The position numbers were made by a program, and so were the translations under genes. DNA of 62,745 nucleotides, the filler included, from Bipalium vagum (lineage: Eukaryota), in NCBI GenBank assembly GCA_037834085.1. It is 3 parts of 3 records of this genome, joined end to end, with 100 filler letters (N's around TTAATTAATTAA, not from the genome) between each part and the next. Parts side by side here need not be neighbours in the genome. Positions count along the whole stretch, not along the records: positions 46,825 to 62,745 come from JBBMKC010138159.1; 2 more parts are not named here. The stretch is one strand, 5' to 3'. The notes beneath the pieces are model-generated. The model was not told where the DNA came from. It worked only from the letters and a program-made list of their open reading frames with translations, and did no database searches. Numbering within the stretch: position 1 is the first letter of the stretch; each line of letters opens with the position of its first letter. Shown here piece by piece: positions 51,291 through 62,745 of this stretch.

Positions 51291-52199
51291 CTTTCGTGGG
51301 ATTACCGATACCTGATTTATACGATAACTATTTTTGATTGTCTTAAATGTATTTTTTGTCTTACCAAAAGTTTATATATTACAATACTAATCTGACTTTA
51401 TTTACAATCCGTTTAATGGGTACAACATCTGGCTGTTTTAATCACTTATTTATTCCTCTCTAATCACGAATTCAATATTTGATGTGTATTTTACAGATTA
51501 TAAAATCTACAAAGAGTTGCAACTTAATATTTTAAAGTTCTTTTATTTTTGGTTTTGAGTATTGTAAACCTATTTGTCCAATATTTAAGAGAAGAAAAAG
51601 TCCGAGAAAATCTCTTTAAATTTAAATTTATTTTTAAAAAACAAATAAAAATTAAAAAATGATCGAACTATTGTAGTGTCTCATGTATATTCGAATTTCA
51701 ATTTCACAGAAATCACGCATAAAGGAACTTTTAAAACGGGTGACTTTAAAACCTTTGTATAATTATGAAAAATTAAGATTGTTAAAAATTATTTAATTTA
51801 ATTTTATCATAAAAGGCGAGATCCCTTAAAAATAAATGAAGGTGCATAGAAAATACAATCTTTAGAATTTTCATGTTCTAGCTCTATTATGGTTCGGAAA
51901 ATTAAAAAACTAAATTAAAATAAATCACTGATTATATTAATTAATATGGAATATGTAATAAGACAATTAATCAAAAAAAATTCTTAATTACCAATATTTT
52001 TTGAGGTAAATGATCCTTTACTTTGTTAGATGCTAGTGTATGTCATCAGAAAATAAAAGATATTATGAAATTAAATTTAAATCTCGGTGTTATTTTCAAA
52101 TGAGATGCCCACAAAATCGTCTTTAAATGAGAAGTGAGATTTGGTATCTTGCTAGTCTTTCCATTATATTAGAGTAGCTTATAAGTATTCGGAATTTGT

Positions 52200-52260
52200 A
52201 TTAGGTCTGAAAGTTGAAAAGGTACCTATTTTTAACATTTTCAAATCAAAAGATTGATAA

Positions 52261-52297
<37 letters not shown>

Positions 52298-53180
52298 TTC
52301 TATCATTTTTCAGATAGTTAGCGAAAAATATCGATTTTAAATATATATAATTGGAGATCGATTTTTAAACATCATCAGCTGAATCAGCCAGGTAATGTTA
52401 AAGAGATCTGAATAAATAATAATCTGATAAAACCATGTCAGGTGAGTAAGCCGTATGATAAAGAACCTATCAACACAAAGAAGAAAGATGGTTCACGTTA
52501 GTCTTTGACGTTTGTGGGCGGGCATTGTTATGCAGGAGAATAACAGGATTTTTACAAGATCATTGAATGGTCTATTCTTTTCAAGTGCTTCTTTCAGATG
52601 ATTCAATTGTCTTATGTACCTTTCCGATGTAAATGTCCCAAGTAATCTCAGCAAATGCACAAAAGTTTGGTGGCACAGATATCGTGTTTCACAATAGTCA
52701 AAGATTATTGACTTGGAAAAAACCAGGATTTTATCGCTTGGGGTTACTGTAATATATTCCAGTACCGATCTTGAGCAAGAAAAATCTTTCTTAAAGTTGG
52801 TTAGGATGAATACCATATTTTTATACTGCCTTTTCTTGTTCTCCTAAGTAAGACTATGAAGTACCCATCTGCAAGCTTGTTGAATTGCCTGCTGTGTAAT
52901 TCCAAGATGCATACCAAACACCTCTTGCATCATGTATCAATTTTAATCCAACAAATTCACCTGCAATATTTTTTGATTGACCAGGGATTTTGGCATGAAA
53001 CGATCCAAATTTTTGTTATTGAATCCGCAAAAAAATTATTTCGAACAGAATGAACTATATCTCCATCCTCATATGCCGTTTTCTTCAATTGAATGGCATA
53101 TAATAAACAATACCGAATATGTAGTTTTGGAATGTCATTTGAATTTTCGCTATATGTTGGAAATATTTAAAAAAGTATTT
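52200..53180 (-). mobile_element. Mariner relic containing a (TAA)n microsatellite (52263-52294)
   Basis: TIR-like ta|ttaggtctgaaagttgaaaagg; TAYSPDMVLSDYYY; HNNARPQ; LNHLKEALEKNRP. Confidence 0.8.
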
Positions 53181-55639
53181 ATGTTTATATTAATTAGCGA
53201 TTATTTTTAATTTAAACTTGATTCAAGAAATATACTATTGTTACTGAATAAAAAATATATAAGAATGAATTTATTCATTGAAATACAGTTGTCTTCAGTT
53301 GTCTTCAAAAATCTTACAATAAGTCGTATGAGACTATTTTGATACCACATTGTATGCAAAGTATTCTCGACATGCTTTTTCAATATCTTTAAGATGTAGA
53401 AATTTCCTTCCTTTAAAGAAAGTGCATATTGATAGAAATATTTGGAAATTCGTAGTTGTTAGATCCGACTATATGCTTGATTTTGTAGGATTTTAATATC
53501 TGTACTATTACTCTCTGTCTTAGTTATAATATACTTATGTGATCTTGCTAAAGAATGTCTCTTTGATAAATGCTGAATATTGTTGACCCACAACAAGGTA
53601 CATTTTATGGATCTATTAGCAATATGCTTTCATTAGTAGCTACATCTATATAAATTACCTCGAAATAAATTAATCCTTCATAATTTCACTAAAACTCAGC
53701 ATTACTTTTTATCAAGAGATTGTTTTATAAATTGGTTTTTCGGAATTAATTGTGAAATTTGTAATGTTATAGCAAATCCAATTTTCGTTCGATGGTAATT
53801 TATAATAACTTGAAATATATGTTAATATGAAAAAAACCATACATTCACCTTCGCATGTTTTACTTTAGGATTCAAAAGGTTGTCTCGTTGGAAAAGACTA
53901 ATAATATTTAAATTTTACTCAAATATATAGTAGTATATTGATTTTGGAATTTCTCAAAGTTGAAACCAAACATATCATAACAAAAGAATTGAATCAGAGT
54001 ATTTTCATAAAACTAATAAACCAAAGAGGATTGAGATAAATAACATCAAATAGAATTACTAAGTTTGTACTTGAGTATTTAAATTTAAAAAATGACTTAG
54101 TAATTTTGTTTTGTTCGAAGGAAGTTTCAGAGGTTTCCAATAAGATTTTTCCAAAATAAATGTCAAGATTTTATTTGAAAAATGAAATATATTTAAGATT
54201 TATAAAATAATTTCAATGAAAAATTGAAGGTTCATTACATGTTTACTGCTTGATACTTCTGTTAATAAATTGGTTCAGTAATTTAAAAATAAAGTTTAAA
54301 AACAGTGTATAATTCATGTTTGGTTTGGTATAAGGAAAAGTAAAATTCTAAAATACTTTAGTTCAACATGTTAATGATCTACTAATCTTAATTGATAGTC
54401 TTGCTAAGCATATGATAAATATGCATAAAATATATTTGAATTGATATCTGAATCTCATTGATTTATTAAACCAAAAGCTCTCTTGCCTTTTAATTATTAA
54501 TATTTTATATTAACCAAGTCGTAATTTTTGACTCTTTCACTTTATCACGGCTAGGTTCAAAATAATACGAGGTAAGACAATAAACTATTTTTGTTCTCCC
54601 TTAGTGCATATGATGCTCAAATAAGACATAATCTATCATAAAAATAGTCGATATCATCTCAGTTGCATCACATTCCGTTTACTCTCTCCAAAATATATGG
54701 TCACTAAGCTCCTGACGCAACTCCACTCTTCTAATTCACGACAGATCAATAATTAGAAAAATACAAATAATAAATCGATAAAATAATGTAAATTATTAGG
54801 TATTATAAATATCAACAGGGAATGAAATTAAAACTAATCAAAAAGAATGATCTCACAGATAATGATAATGGTGGGTTTATGCGTTGACAACGAGTTCCTG
54901 AATTGGATCCAACGCCACGGATCTAGGGTCTTCTTTCAAAGAGACATATAAGTTGATAGATAATAACAAAGAAATTCTAATTTTTCTTTTCCTACTATTG
55001 AACAAAACTAATTTTAATAATGAATAAAACTGAATTCACCAATTGGAATCTCATCAGCTCAAAAGGATACATTTATAACCCACACTGGCCAATCCACGCA
55101 GACTCTCACAGCTGAAAGTAAGGTTCCCATTAACAGTCCAATCAAGGCTTATCAAAAAATCTATTAATGCAGTTATTGCTACCGGTAAACAAGAAAGTTA
55201 CTAATTACTTAGGCATCATAAGGTGCTTTGCTAAAAGCCATTATACAGGAGCATAAGTCTTTTTTCACTAACCTCTTTTAGGGGAGGATAGTGTGTAACC
55301 TTTATCCGCGGTAAATAATTATTCTTAAACAAAAAATGTATTTTTAACATGACTATTGTTAATTATTACGATGGTTAATTTTATTATCCAATGTTGTGTC
55401 GAAACCCAACATGATAACTCGAAAGAGTGCCAACTCAATCGGTTCAAAAAGTAATGCAAGGACCGAGCTATTATTAGAAACAAAATTAAGTATTATTGTA
55501 TTGGTCTTGAATATTTGAATTGGTTTTAAAATACAGTGGTAAATATTTTTAATTTTTATAAAATCAAACTTTATTTGTATAAGTTCATTATATTACAATG
55601 TTTTTATTTAATATAAGATATATTGGAAACAGTAAAAAT

Positions 55640-56760
55640 TCCAAACATACATCTATTATATTTAAATCATACTGATAAAACTAATGTTAAAGTAACAAAT
55701 CTGGAGAAATATTCAATTGAACACATCAATAGTTATAATTCCTCTTTATATTTTAAACATTTAATATTTTATAGTGAGTTTTTTGTTTGGTAACTTCAAA
55801 CACACAATCAGACATTAATAAAACAATTTTTGAATAACTTCATTGTCGATTTTAAACCAACATTCATCAATTGCTTTACGTAACTTCAAAACAGTATCAA
55901 ATTGGCGACCATTTGTATAAATATTTCGATTTGAATGTTCCAGGGGTTTTCGATTGGGTTACAATCCGGAAGCTGGCCATTCAGGTAAAGATATTTGCTT
56001 ATTGGAAAATCACATGGTTGTATGTTTGGAATCATGGATCGGAGCTTTACCTGTTGAAATATGAAATTTTCATCCATATGAAATTTTCAATAAATCAATT
56101 TAAACATCTAAAAGTTCAGTATAATTAATTGACTTTCCTTTTTAGATATATATAGCATAGGCTAAGCTTGGTAGGTGCAGAAAATGTAAAAAAACCATTA
56201 CATTGCTATCTCCAAATTTTCGTTTTGATCAATGAACCTTCTGATCACGCCAACCATGCCAATAATGACTATAGATATCTGGCCCACCCAGATTAAAAAA
56301 AATTTCGGAAGAAACAATTACTTTATCAAACTTTGAAAAGCATATATTTTTTTCCTAGCCCAACCAAGTCTTTTGAATAAAATGAAAAAGTCTGTGTTTT
56401 TTTGTTAGCTTTGGCTTTACCTATTATTTTCTTCCATTTAATAATCTTATCTTGGCGCAATACGTTAATAATGTGCTGATTGGAAACCCGTAATAAAAGT
56501 TTATTCTTTATTTGTAGTTCATTTAATATAGTCTTTGACGCTTCATATATGACCTTGTATTTCTGAAAGAAAGTGAGTTTGAGTTACCCTTTGATCCTTT
56601 TCTGACACGTAGTTAACGAGTTTTTTCAGAACATTTCTTATAACACCTGACCTACCTAATAAATTTCAGATTTAAAAAGTTCTTTTTTTTTAACTTTAAA
56701 TTTTTATTTAGTTATTCGACCGTTAATATTTTTTCCGACCCCATGAATAAAAAGAACAGG
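55640..56760 (-). mobile_element. Tc1/Tc3-like (DD34E) transposon relic
   Basis: FNLGGPDIYSHYWH (FNLDGPDG..YW), FIFQQ, and PEWPA / PDCNPIENPWNI (WPAxSPDLNPIENxW, frameshifted). Confidence 0.85.
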
Positions 56761-58459
56761 ATTTATGTTGTAAATATCATTAAAAATTAAAAAATGTTTT
56801 AATAGATTGATTAATATTCAAATTATAGACATTTAATTATTAATATATTATAATATCCTGATAAAACACATCTTAAATGACACTGCGTAAAATTAAATAT
56901 TTCATGCTTTATGGACTAAAAAAATAAAAATTTTCTGTTAAATATTTGCGAAGAATTTTTACAAAAATTTATATTACCTATAAATTTTTATACAATAAAA
57001 TCCAATCTCATTACATTTTATATAGAAATACAACATAAAAGAAAATATTCTTAATTTTTATTATGCGTAAAATTTATTTTTAATTTTCACGATCTTTGGG
57101 AATTAACTTTCATTTAAATTGCAGAAGTAGTTTCTATTGCTTAAGATTTTAAGATAATTTGGTTGATTAATAAATATTATTAATTATAAAAAAATGAATT
57201 TGTTCTTTTAATCTGGATTGTAAATTTGTGAGGGAAAAATTACCAAACTTTCTAAAAATAATTCAATCATAATAATAACAATTTAAATCTAATTTCCACT
57301 ATTTTACTCTGGAACATTTAATAAAGTGTGATGTATGACGAACTTTTTCTGCGACATTATTAAAGCCATAGTAGTATATTAAAAATAAATGATTAATTTG
57401 TTTTAAGTACAACTATACACTTTTAGTACTTTTTTATTTTACTCAATGAATCAAAATCAACTTTCAATTTATAATTTAATTTGTTGATTGACTTTCCAAA
57501 CTACATTTTATATTTATTTTGATAGTATTATGTTGTCTATGGGTTATACAGTTTCAAATTATTTAGTTAATATCTTCAGGTTCCACCAGTGTTTCCTCTA
57601 TAGCAATAGTGAAATCAGGTTTTTGAAATATTCAGAAAATTAATTCTGACTTCAAATTTTCCATAATAAAGAAATTTTTGATTTATTTTTTGTTTAAAAA
57701 CTAAACAAGAAATAATATATTTACACAAAAGAAAGCTTATTTTTCAAAATATTTTCAAAATATCCTTTTTTCTATTATAATAGGATAAATCTATTAAGAT
57801 TTATCCAAACATTTAAAATATGTATTTACTTCATTGATAACTTCACTATTTGATTTGAATTTTCTACCTGCAAATCATTTATAATTCTAGAAACATAAAA
57901 CCAAACGATACTAAATCTGAAAATATGGTGGATGTGTTAACTGTTCAAATTGTAATTTACATTGTTTTCTATGAAATATCAAATCTATACGTCTTTGTGT
58001 TATCATCAGACAAGCACTTTTAAAACATGTTCTAAATTTTATTTGGATCTTTTCATCCAAACATGAATAATGGTTCAATACTATAAAATCTTTTTATTCA
58101 CATACTTAAAGAATATTATCCAACAAGTGCGTATGAATTATGTTGAGTAATTTACTTTCTAATTAAAAACAAAAAGAAATAGAAAATTTGGATTAATTTC
58201 ATAAAATAAATGATTAATTAAAATTCTGAATCATGGTTATTCATTCTAATATCTTTATTAATTTTGTGGGTTAAGTTTTAATTAACTTCAACCTACAATT
58301 TATATTTATTTCATTTTTTATCTAACTTATTTAAAAACAGATTTCTAAATTAAAATATTATTATTTTTTTAAAATATAAAATTACATCAAATAGTCTAAA
58401 AATAAAATAAAAGTAAGCCTAACAAGGGTTTTTCATGCAAAATCCCAAAATATTAATTA

Positions 58460-59239
58460 CAGCCTTTTCAGGTTAATTTAATCCAATATAATTTTAATTT
58501 AAACTATATCCAATTCAACTTAAACATTATGTTATTTATTTAACTTTACTTTATTATAATTTGATATTTATTATTATATAATTATTATATGTAAAAAAAC
58601 TTTAAAAAACTATTATTATTATTATTATATGTAAAGTAGAAGAAACTTTATTGCCTAAATCAAAAAGGTAATAAAAAATCTTTTATTTCTTTTAGTGCAT
58701 ATGCTAGAAATCCTTCACAATCATTGGCCGAAATAGATTTACGAGCAAGGCTGATACATTGTTTTAACTCTTCAATAGTATTTGCATTTCCTGTTTTGAT
58801 TTCCATTTTGCGAAAACCTCTTCAATATGATTCAGGTAGGGTGAGTAATGTAGTAGAAAATTCAACTGGAAATGATGATCTTCTATTGATCTATTTTCAG
58901 CTGTTTTGTGGATATTTGCATTATCCATAATTATTATTCCAGATGTTAATCCCACGATCTTTTAATTTAGTGAAGATATCCACTAAAAAGCATTAAAGCC
59001 TTCAGAATTGTGCGCTTTATCACGCATGATAAAAGAAATCAATCCGGATTTTGTTACTGCCGCACAAACCGGTATATTTTTTTCGATTTTATTGCACGAA
59101 TACTTTTTCTTGAAATTTGAAATGTAGCACTTACAATTGAATTTTTTAACAAAGTTTAAATTAAATTGTATAAAGTTTAAGTTGAATTGGATATAGTTTA
59201 AATTAAAATTGTATTGGATTAAATTAACTTGAAAACCAT
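58460..59239 (-). mobile_element. Internally deleted IS630/Tc1-like element with ~60-bp TIRs
   Basis: ttttcaggttaatttaatccaatataattttaatttaaactatatccaattcaacttaaac is inverted at 59176-59235. Internal IIIMDNANIHK..LHYSPYLNHIEEVFAKWK. Confidence 0.9.
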
Positions 59240-59721
59240 TTTTTTTTCAAATATCAATTGTGAGCATTAGAGAATCATTTTCCATCAGTCTTGATTAGTT
59301 TTCCGCGCTCCGGTTCCTTTGCGGGCTTTGGTATTGGATTGATAAGGAGTGTTATGGGTGCTAGGACCTCTTTTTCTATGGATTCCAATCATTGTACTAA
59401 TTAAAATTTGTTATCTTGATTCCAAACCTGTTTTGAAAATTAGCTTATCGAATGATGGCCATTCATTCTTTTAATGAAAAGTCGATTTATTTATTCTATT
59501 TTTCACAATTTATCTAAAATTACATTACTAATGAAAGTTTAATATTCTTTCAATCTCTTTTAAATTAAAGAATTTTCCTATTTCCATTATCAAGTTATTA
59601 TTCATTTTATAATGTAATAACGTAGAAATTATAATTCATATTTTATTTACTTAAATTATTTTACTAGATTTTTTTACTAAATTATTTTACCGTAGCAATA
59701 AAAAGTAACAATCAACTAAAC

Positions 59722-60480
59722 TATAGCTTAATATCATGGATAGAAATGATAAAAAGGGTAATCCATATCAGTCTGAATACAGGAATTGCTAAATTTCCAA
59801 AAGCTGATACGACTACATTAATGAAATACTTCTCACGAGTTGACTACACTTCAAGAGACTTCTTGAATTGTGCTGCCTGTTCTGCAATGGTAGCTATTCT
59901 AATGGCGGAATGTGATGCAGATATGATGAAGTTGAACATGGCATCCAACGCCCACATTCCGCTTTAATCCGCTACTAATAAGACTTGATTCTTAATAGGA
60001 CGCATAAGGGCACTCTCATGTTCTGGTTGATAATATAATGAATCTATTAACACCTGGAGTCAGGTATGGTTGGGTAGATAAGATTGACAGTCCATAATTG
60101 TCTTCACAACATCAGAAAGAAGAGCTCGAAAGACGGTCCCCAAAGCAGCACAGACAGCTTGCCACCTGTTGTCAAGATATGCTGCATTTTGCGCGGTAAT
60201 TGTCTTAAACAACGATAGAAGGCCTCACATCCCAAATGACAACAATAGGAATGTATTGGATGAATCAATTATAGTTGTAGACAATTGTGCTGAAAGCATG
60301 CTCGTTCTTTAAAATAGCTAACATGCAAGACAGAACAACTGAGATAGTCTCTTGTTAGGCATCACCTTCCGTGCCTCCTATCAAAGTAGCATATGATACA
60401 TGAGTATTTGTTTCCATCTTAATGCGAGTAGAAGAGTCTACAAGATCAAGAGAAATAATATTCAAAGCGCTTTGAGCCAA
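59722..60480 (-). pseudogene. Probable endogenous viral element: decayed nucleoprotein of a negative-strand RNA virus (Mononegavirales-like)
   Basis: About 250 codons with ~5 stops and 1 frameshift, no introns, higher GC than flanks. Contains AAYLDNRWQAVCAALG, PIKNQVLLVAD*SGMWALDAMFNFI..SAIRIATIAEQAAQF and SAFGNLA, colinear with the bornavirus N core as I recall it ([57 protein letters not shown]). Confidence 0.7.
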
Positions 60481-62745
60481 TATATAATGTAATTTTTTTG
60501 AACAGATTAGCCAATAAATGAGTTTCGACGACAGCCAATCTATACATTTATAGAAGGCTATTCCTATTAATCCAAATTTATTTCTTTTAATATCTCAACG
60601 CGATATAAAATTATTTTATAATAATATGTATAAGAAATTACTATTCCGATGGTGGGATATAGTTATTTTTATTATTAAGATTTTATCATAATCTCGAAGG
60701 CAAGATAATATAATAAATTACCATCAAATTTTCCTTAAAAGTACTTTTTAATCAATTATATTATTATTATTATTAACCCTTGGTAATCTTCAAGTCTATG
60801 GTTCGTGCCTTTGACTAATCCAACATATTTGAAAAAGCTACCAGGCTATTTTTTGCGTTGATTACAACAGACGATTGCAAAGGGATATCTTTGAAATACT
60901 TTATTGTACTGGTATTCTTGTTTCTGGCCTGTCTAACACGTTCTAGGTTGTTTTATACATAATCTTTGACATTTCTTATTTTTAACTAATTTTCTTTTTT
61001 TTTTTAATATTTCATTTGTTATTTTTATAACTATAAATTTTTTATTTATATCTATCAATTTAGTATAAGTTTTAAATTGTACCAGTTTTAAAATATCTAA
61101 CTTTAATTTGAAAATCACATCTTGTGTATTCATACAATAGTTATAAATACAAAACAAAGAATGTTTGTTTCAGAACAAATATTACACAAAAAATTATTTT
61201 TCATAAAATTTATGAATTTAATAGACTTAATCCAGATGTGTTAATTGTTTTTAACTAAATAGAAATTCAAAACAAATTCTTACATAAAGAAATTTTAACT
61301 ACCATTGAATTGAATTAAGAGGAACGTTAATAGTTAAAGTTGTTAATGTTTTAATATTAAAGAACATGCTAAATCTGACTCCTTGATCTTTTATTATGGT
61401 TAGATTCTAAGGTAATCATAGTAGCTAGAAGAATAACGTTATAAGAATAAAAAATAACGAAAATCAATTACAAATTATATAACTGATGCCAATCGATTAT
61501 TATAATGTATCGGAATAAGATAGCTGGTTAGTAAATAAATAGGATAAAAATAAAAACTTACTGATATAAATTGAGTCTAGGCTCCTTAACAAATCATAAA
61601 ATTCTTTTTGAGCCATTCTTCGTCTGTTGAACTCCACGAAACCGGGAGATATGGAAATCAAGGAATTTCATACTTGGTTCAGCCAAACAATGAATATCAA
61701 TGCTTTTTTCTATACCTTTCTTCGAAAATTTCATTTCTGGTCAATAACCAAGGGAAAGGTTTTTTTCTCAGCGAAATTCAATGAACAAAGGTAATTGCTA
61801 AAAATGACCATTATTACTTTTATTAATGTATATTTTATTGCTTGTATATATTATTTTAAGAAAGGCCCACTTTCAACGCACAAACTTAGTATCAATCCGT
61901 AATTATGGACAGTTTAGAGATAATAATATATTATCAAATTATTATTAATTACTTAACGACTGAGCAGTCGGATGGTTAATATAAATAAATTTTCATTTCT
62001 AAAAAAAGCAACGCAATGATCTACTTGTATGTTCGCGATCAATAGAACCTCGTAAAGCTATCTTCTTATCAGAGCAGCTACTGCTGTCGATAAAACATAA
62101 GAAAAATGCAGCAACACTTCCCCATTGTTTGTGATAAATCCCATTAGGGCATTAATGAAAATTCCATTAATTTTCATAATGAAAAAGTCACCTAATTTTT
62201 CTCAATTAGTTTATAAGTTTGAGATAACAACTTTAAGGTAACTAAACATTAATTCTCGTAAACTGATATTACTGTTTCTAAATTACCTAAATTACCTATC
62301 TTCACCCTAGGCCTCTTCCTCTTTCAAAATTTTTATATGCTGTTAAGATCCTAAGTGGGTGGTTAAAATGATGTTAAAGGTTGGAGCTTGAGTTTAACTT
62401 AGGTCTCAACGGTTAAAGGTTGCAAAAAGTTGTGTTCTTATTTAAATTATTTAAATGAACCAAATTATTGATATAGGTTTAATACTTTTATTGAAATCGA
62501 ATTAAAACTTTATTTTACAAATGATTGATAACAATTCTGACCGAATGTGATTTTATTAATTAAAGTTATTAATAAAAACCCTCTCGCTCTTAGGCTCAGA
62601 GGTCCTCAGTGAAGAAAAACAAATATATTTCACCGCCATACTTAGCGTGTGAAATATGAACCAAAAAGAAACAAAAGGTATAACCTAAGAAAAGGAGCTC
62701 AAAAAATTATTTGATGCTCAGATCCTAGTCTGAGAATTTATTTAT

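Noticed and set aside
54790-55310. Further non-LTR RT fragment on the + strand
   Set aside because: Only faint resemblance (ISSAQK, PLSA); too decayed to support a call.
55886-56128. Spliced host gene suggested by GT/AG-like signals
   Set aside because: The translated motifs are those of a frameshifted Tc1/Tc3 transposase.
59746-59967. Plus-strand 73-aa ORF as a gene
   Set aside because: It is the antisense shadow of the longer viral-N-like minus-strand frame.

Overview
AT-rich, intron-containing animal genomic DNA, probably from an invertebrate; the species cannot be determined from sequence alone. It is not prokaryotic. The window is three pieces joined by artificial 100-bp linkers (N44-TTAATTAATTAA-N44 at 29687-29786 and 46725-46824), so adjacency across those points is not evidence of real linkage. 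Piece 1 (1-29686) has two head-to-head decayed non-LTR retrotransposons and a multi-exon cytosolic carboxypeptidase 1 (AGTPBP1/Nna1) gene cut at the contig end. Its large introns hold mariner, maT-like, Merlin and pogo/Tigger relics. Piece 2 (29787-46724) has an intronless 510-aa double-RING gene, a Polinton/Maverick relic, mariners and a multi-exon ADAM metalloprotease-disintegrin gene with a hairpin-packed GC-rich insert in one intron. Piece 3 (46825-62745) is almost all transposon debris (gag-like, mariner, hAT, Tc1/Tc3, IS630-like). It also carries the most notable signal, a decayed minus-strand frame resembling a mononegavirus (borna/nyami-like) nucleoprotein, i.e. a probable endogenous viral element that the ORF track misses. 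I found no clearly new multi-gene system. All homology calls come from hand translation and remembered family motifs, not database searches.
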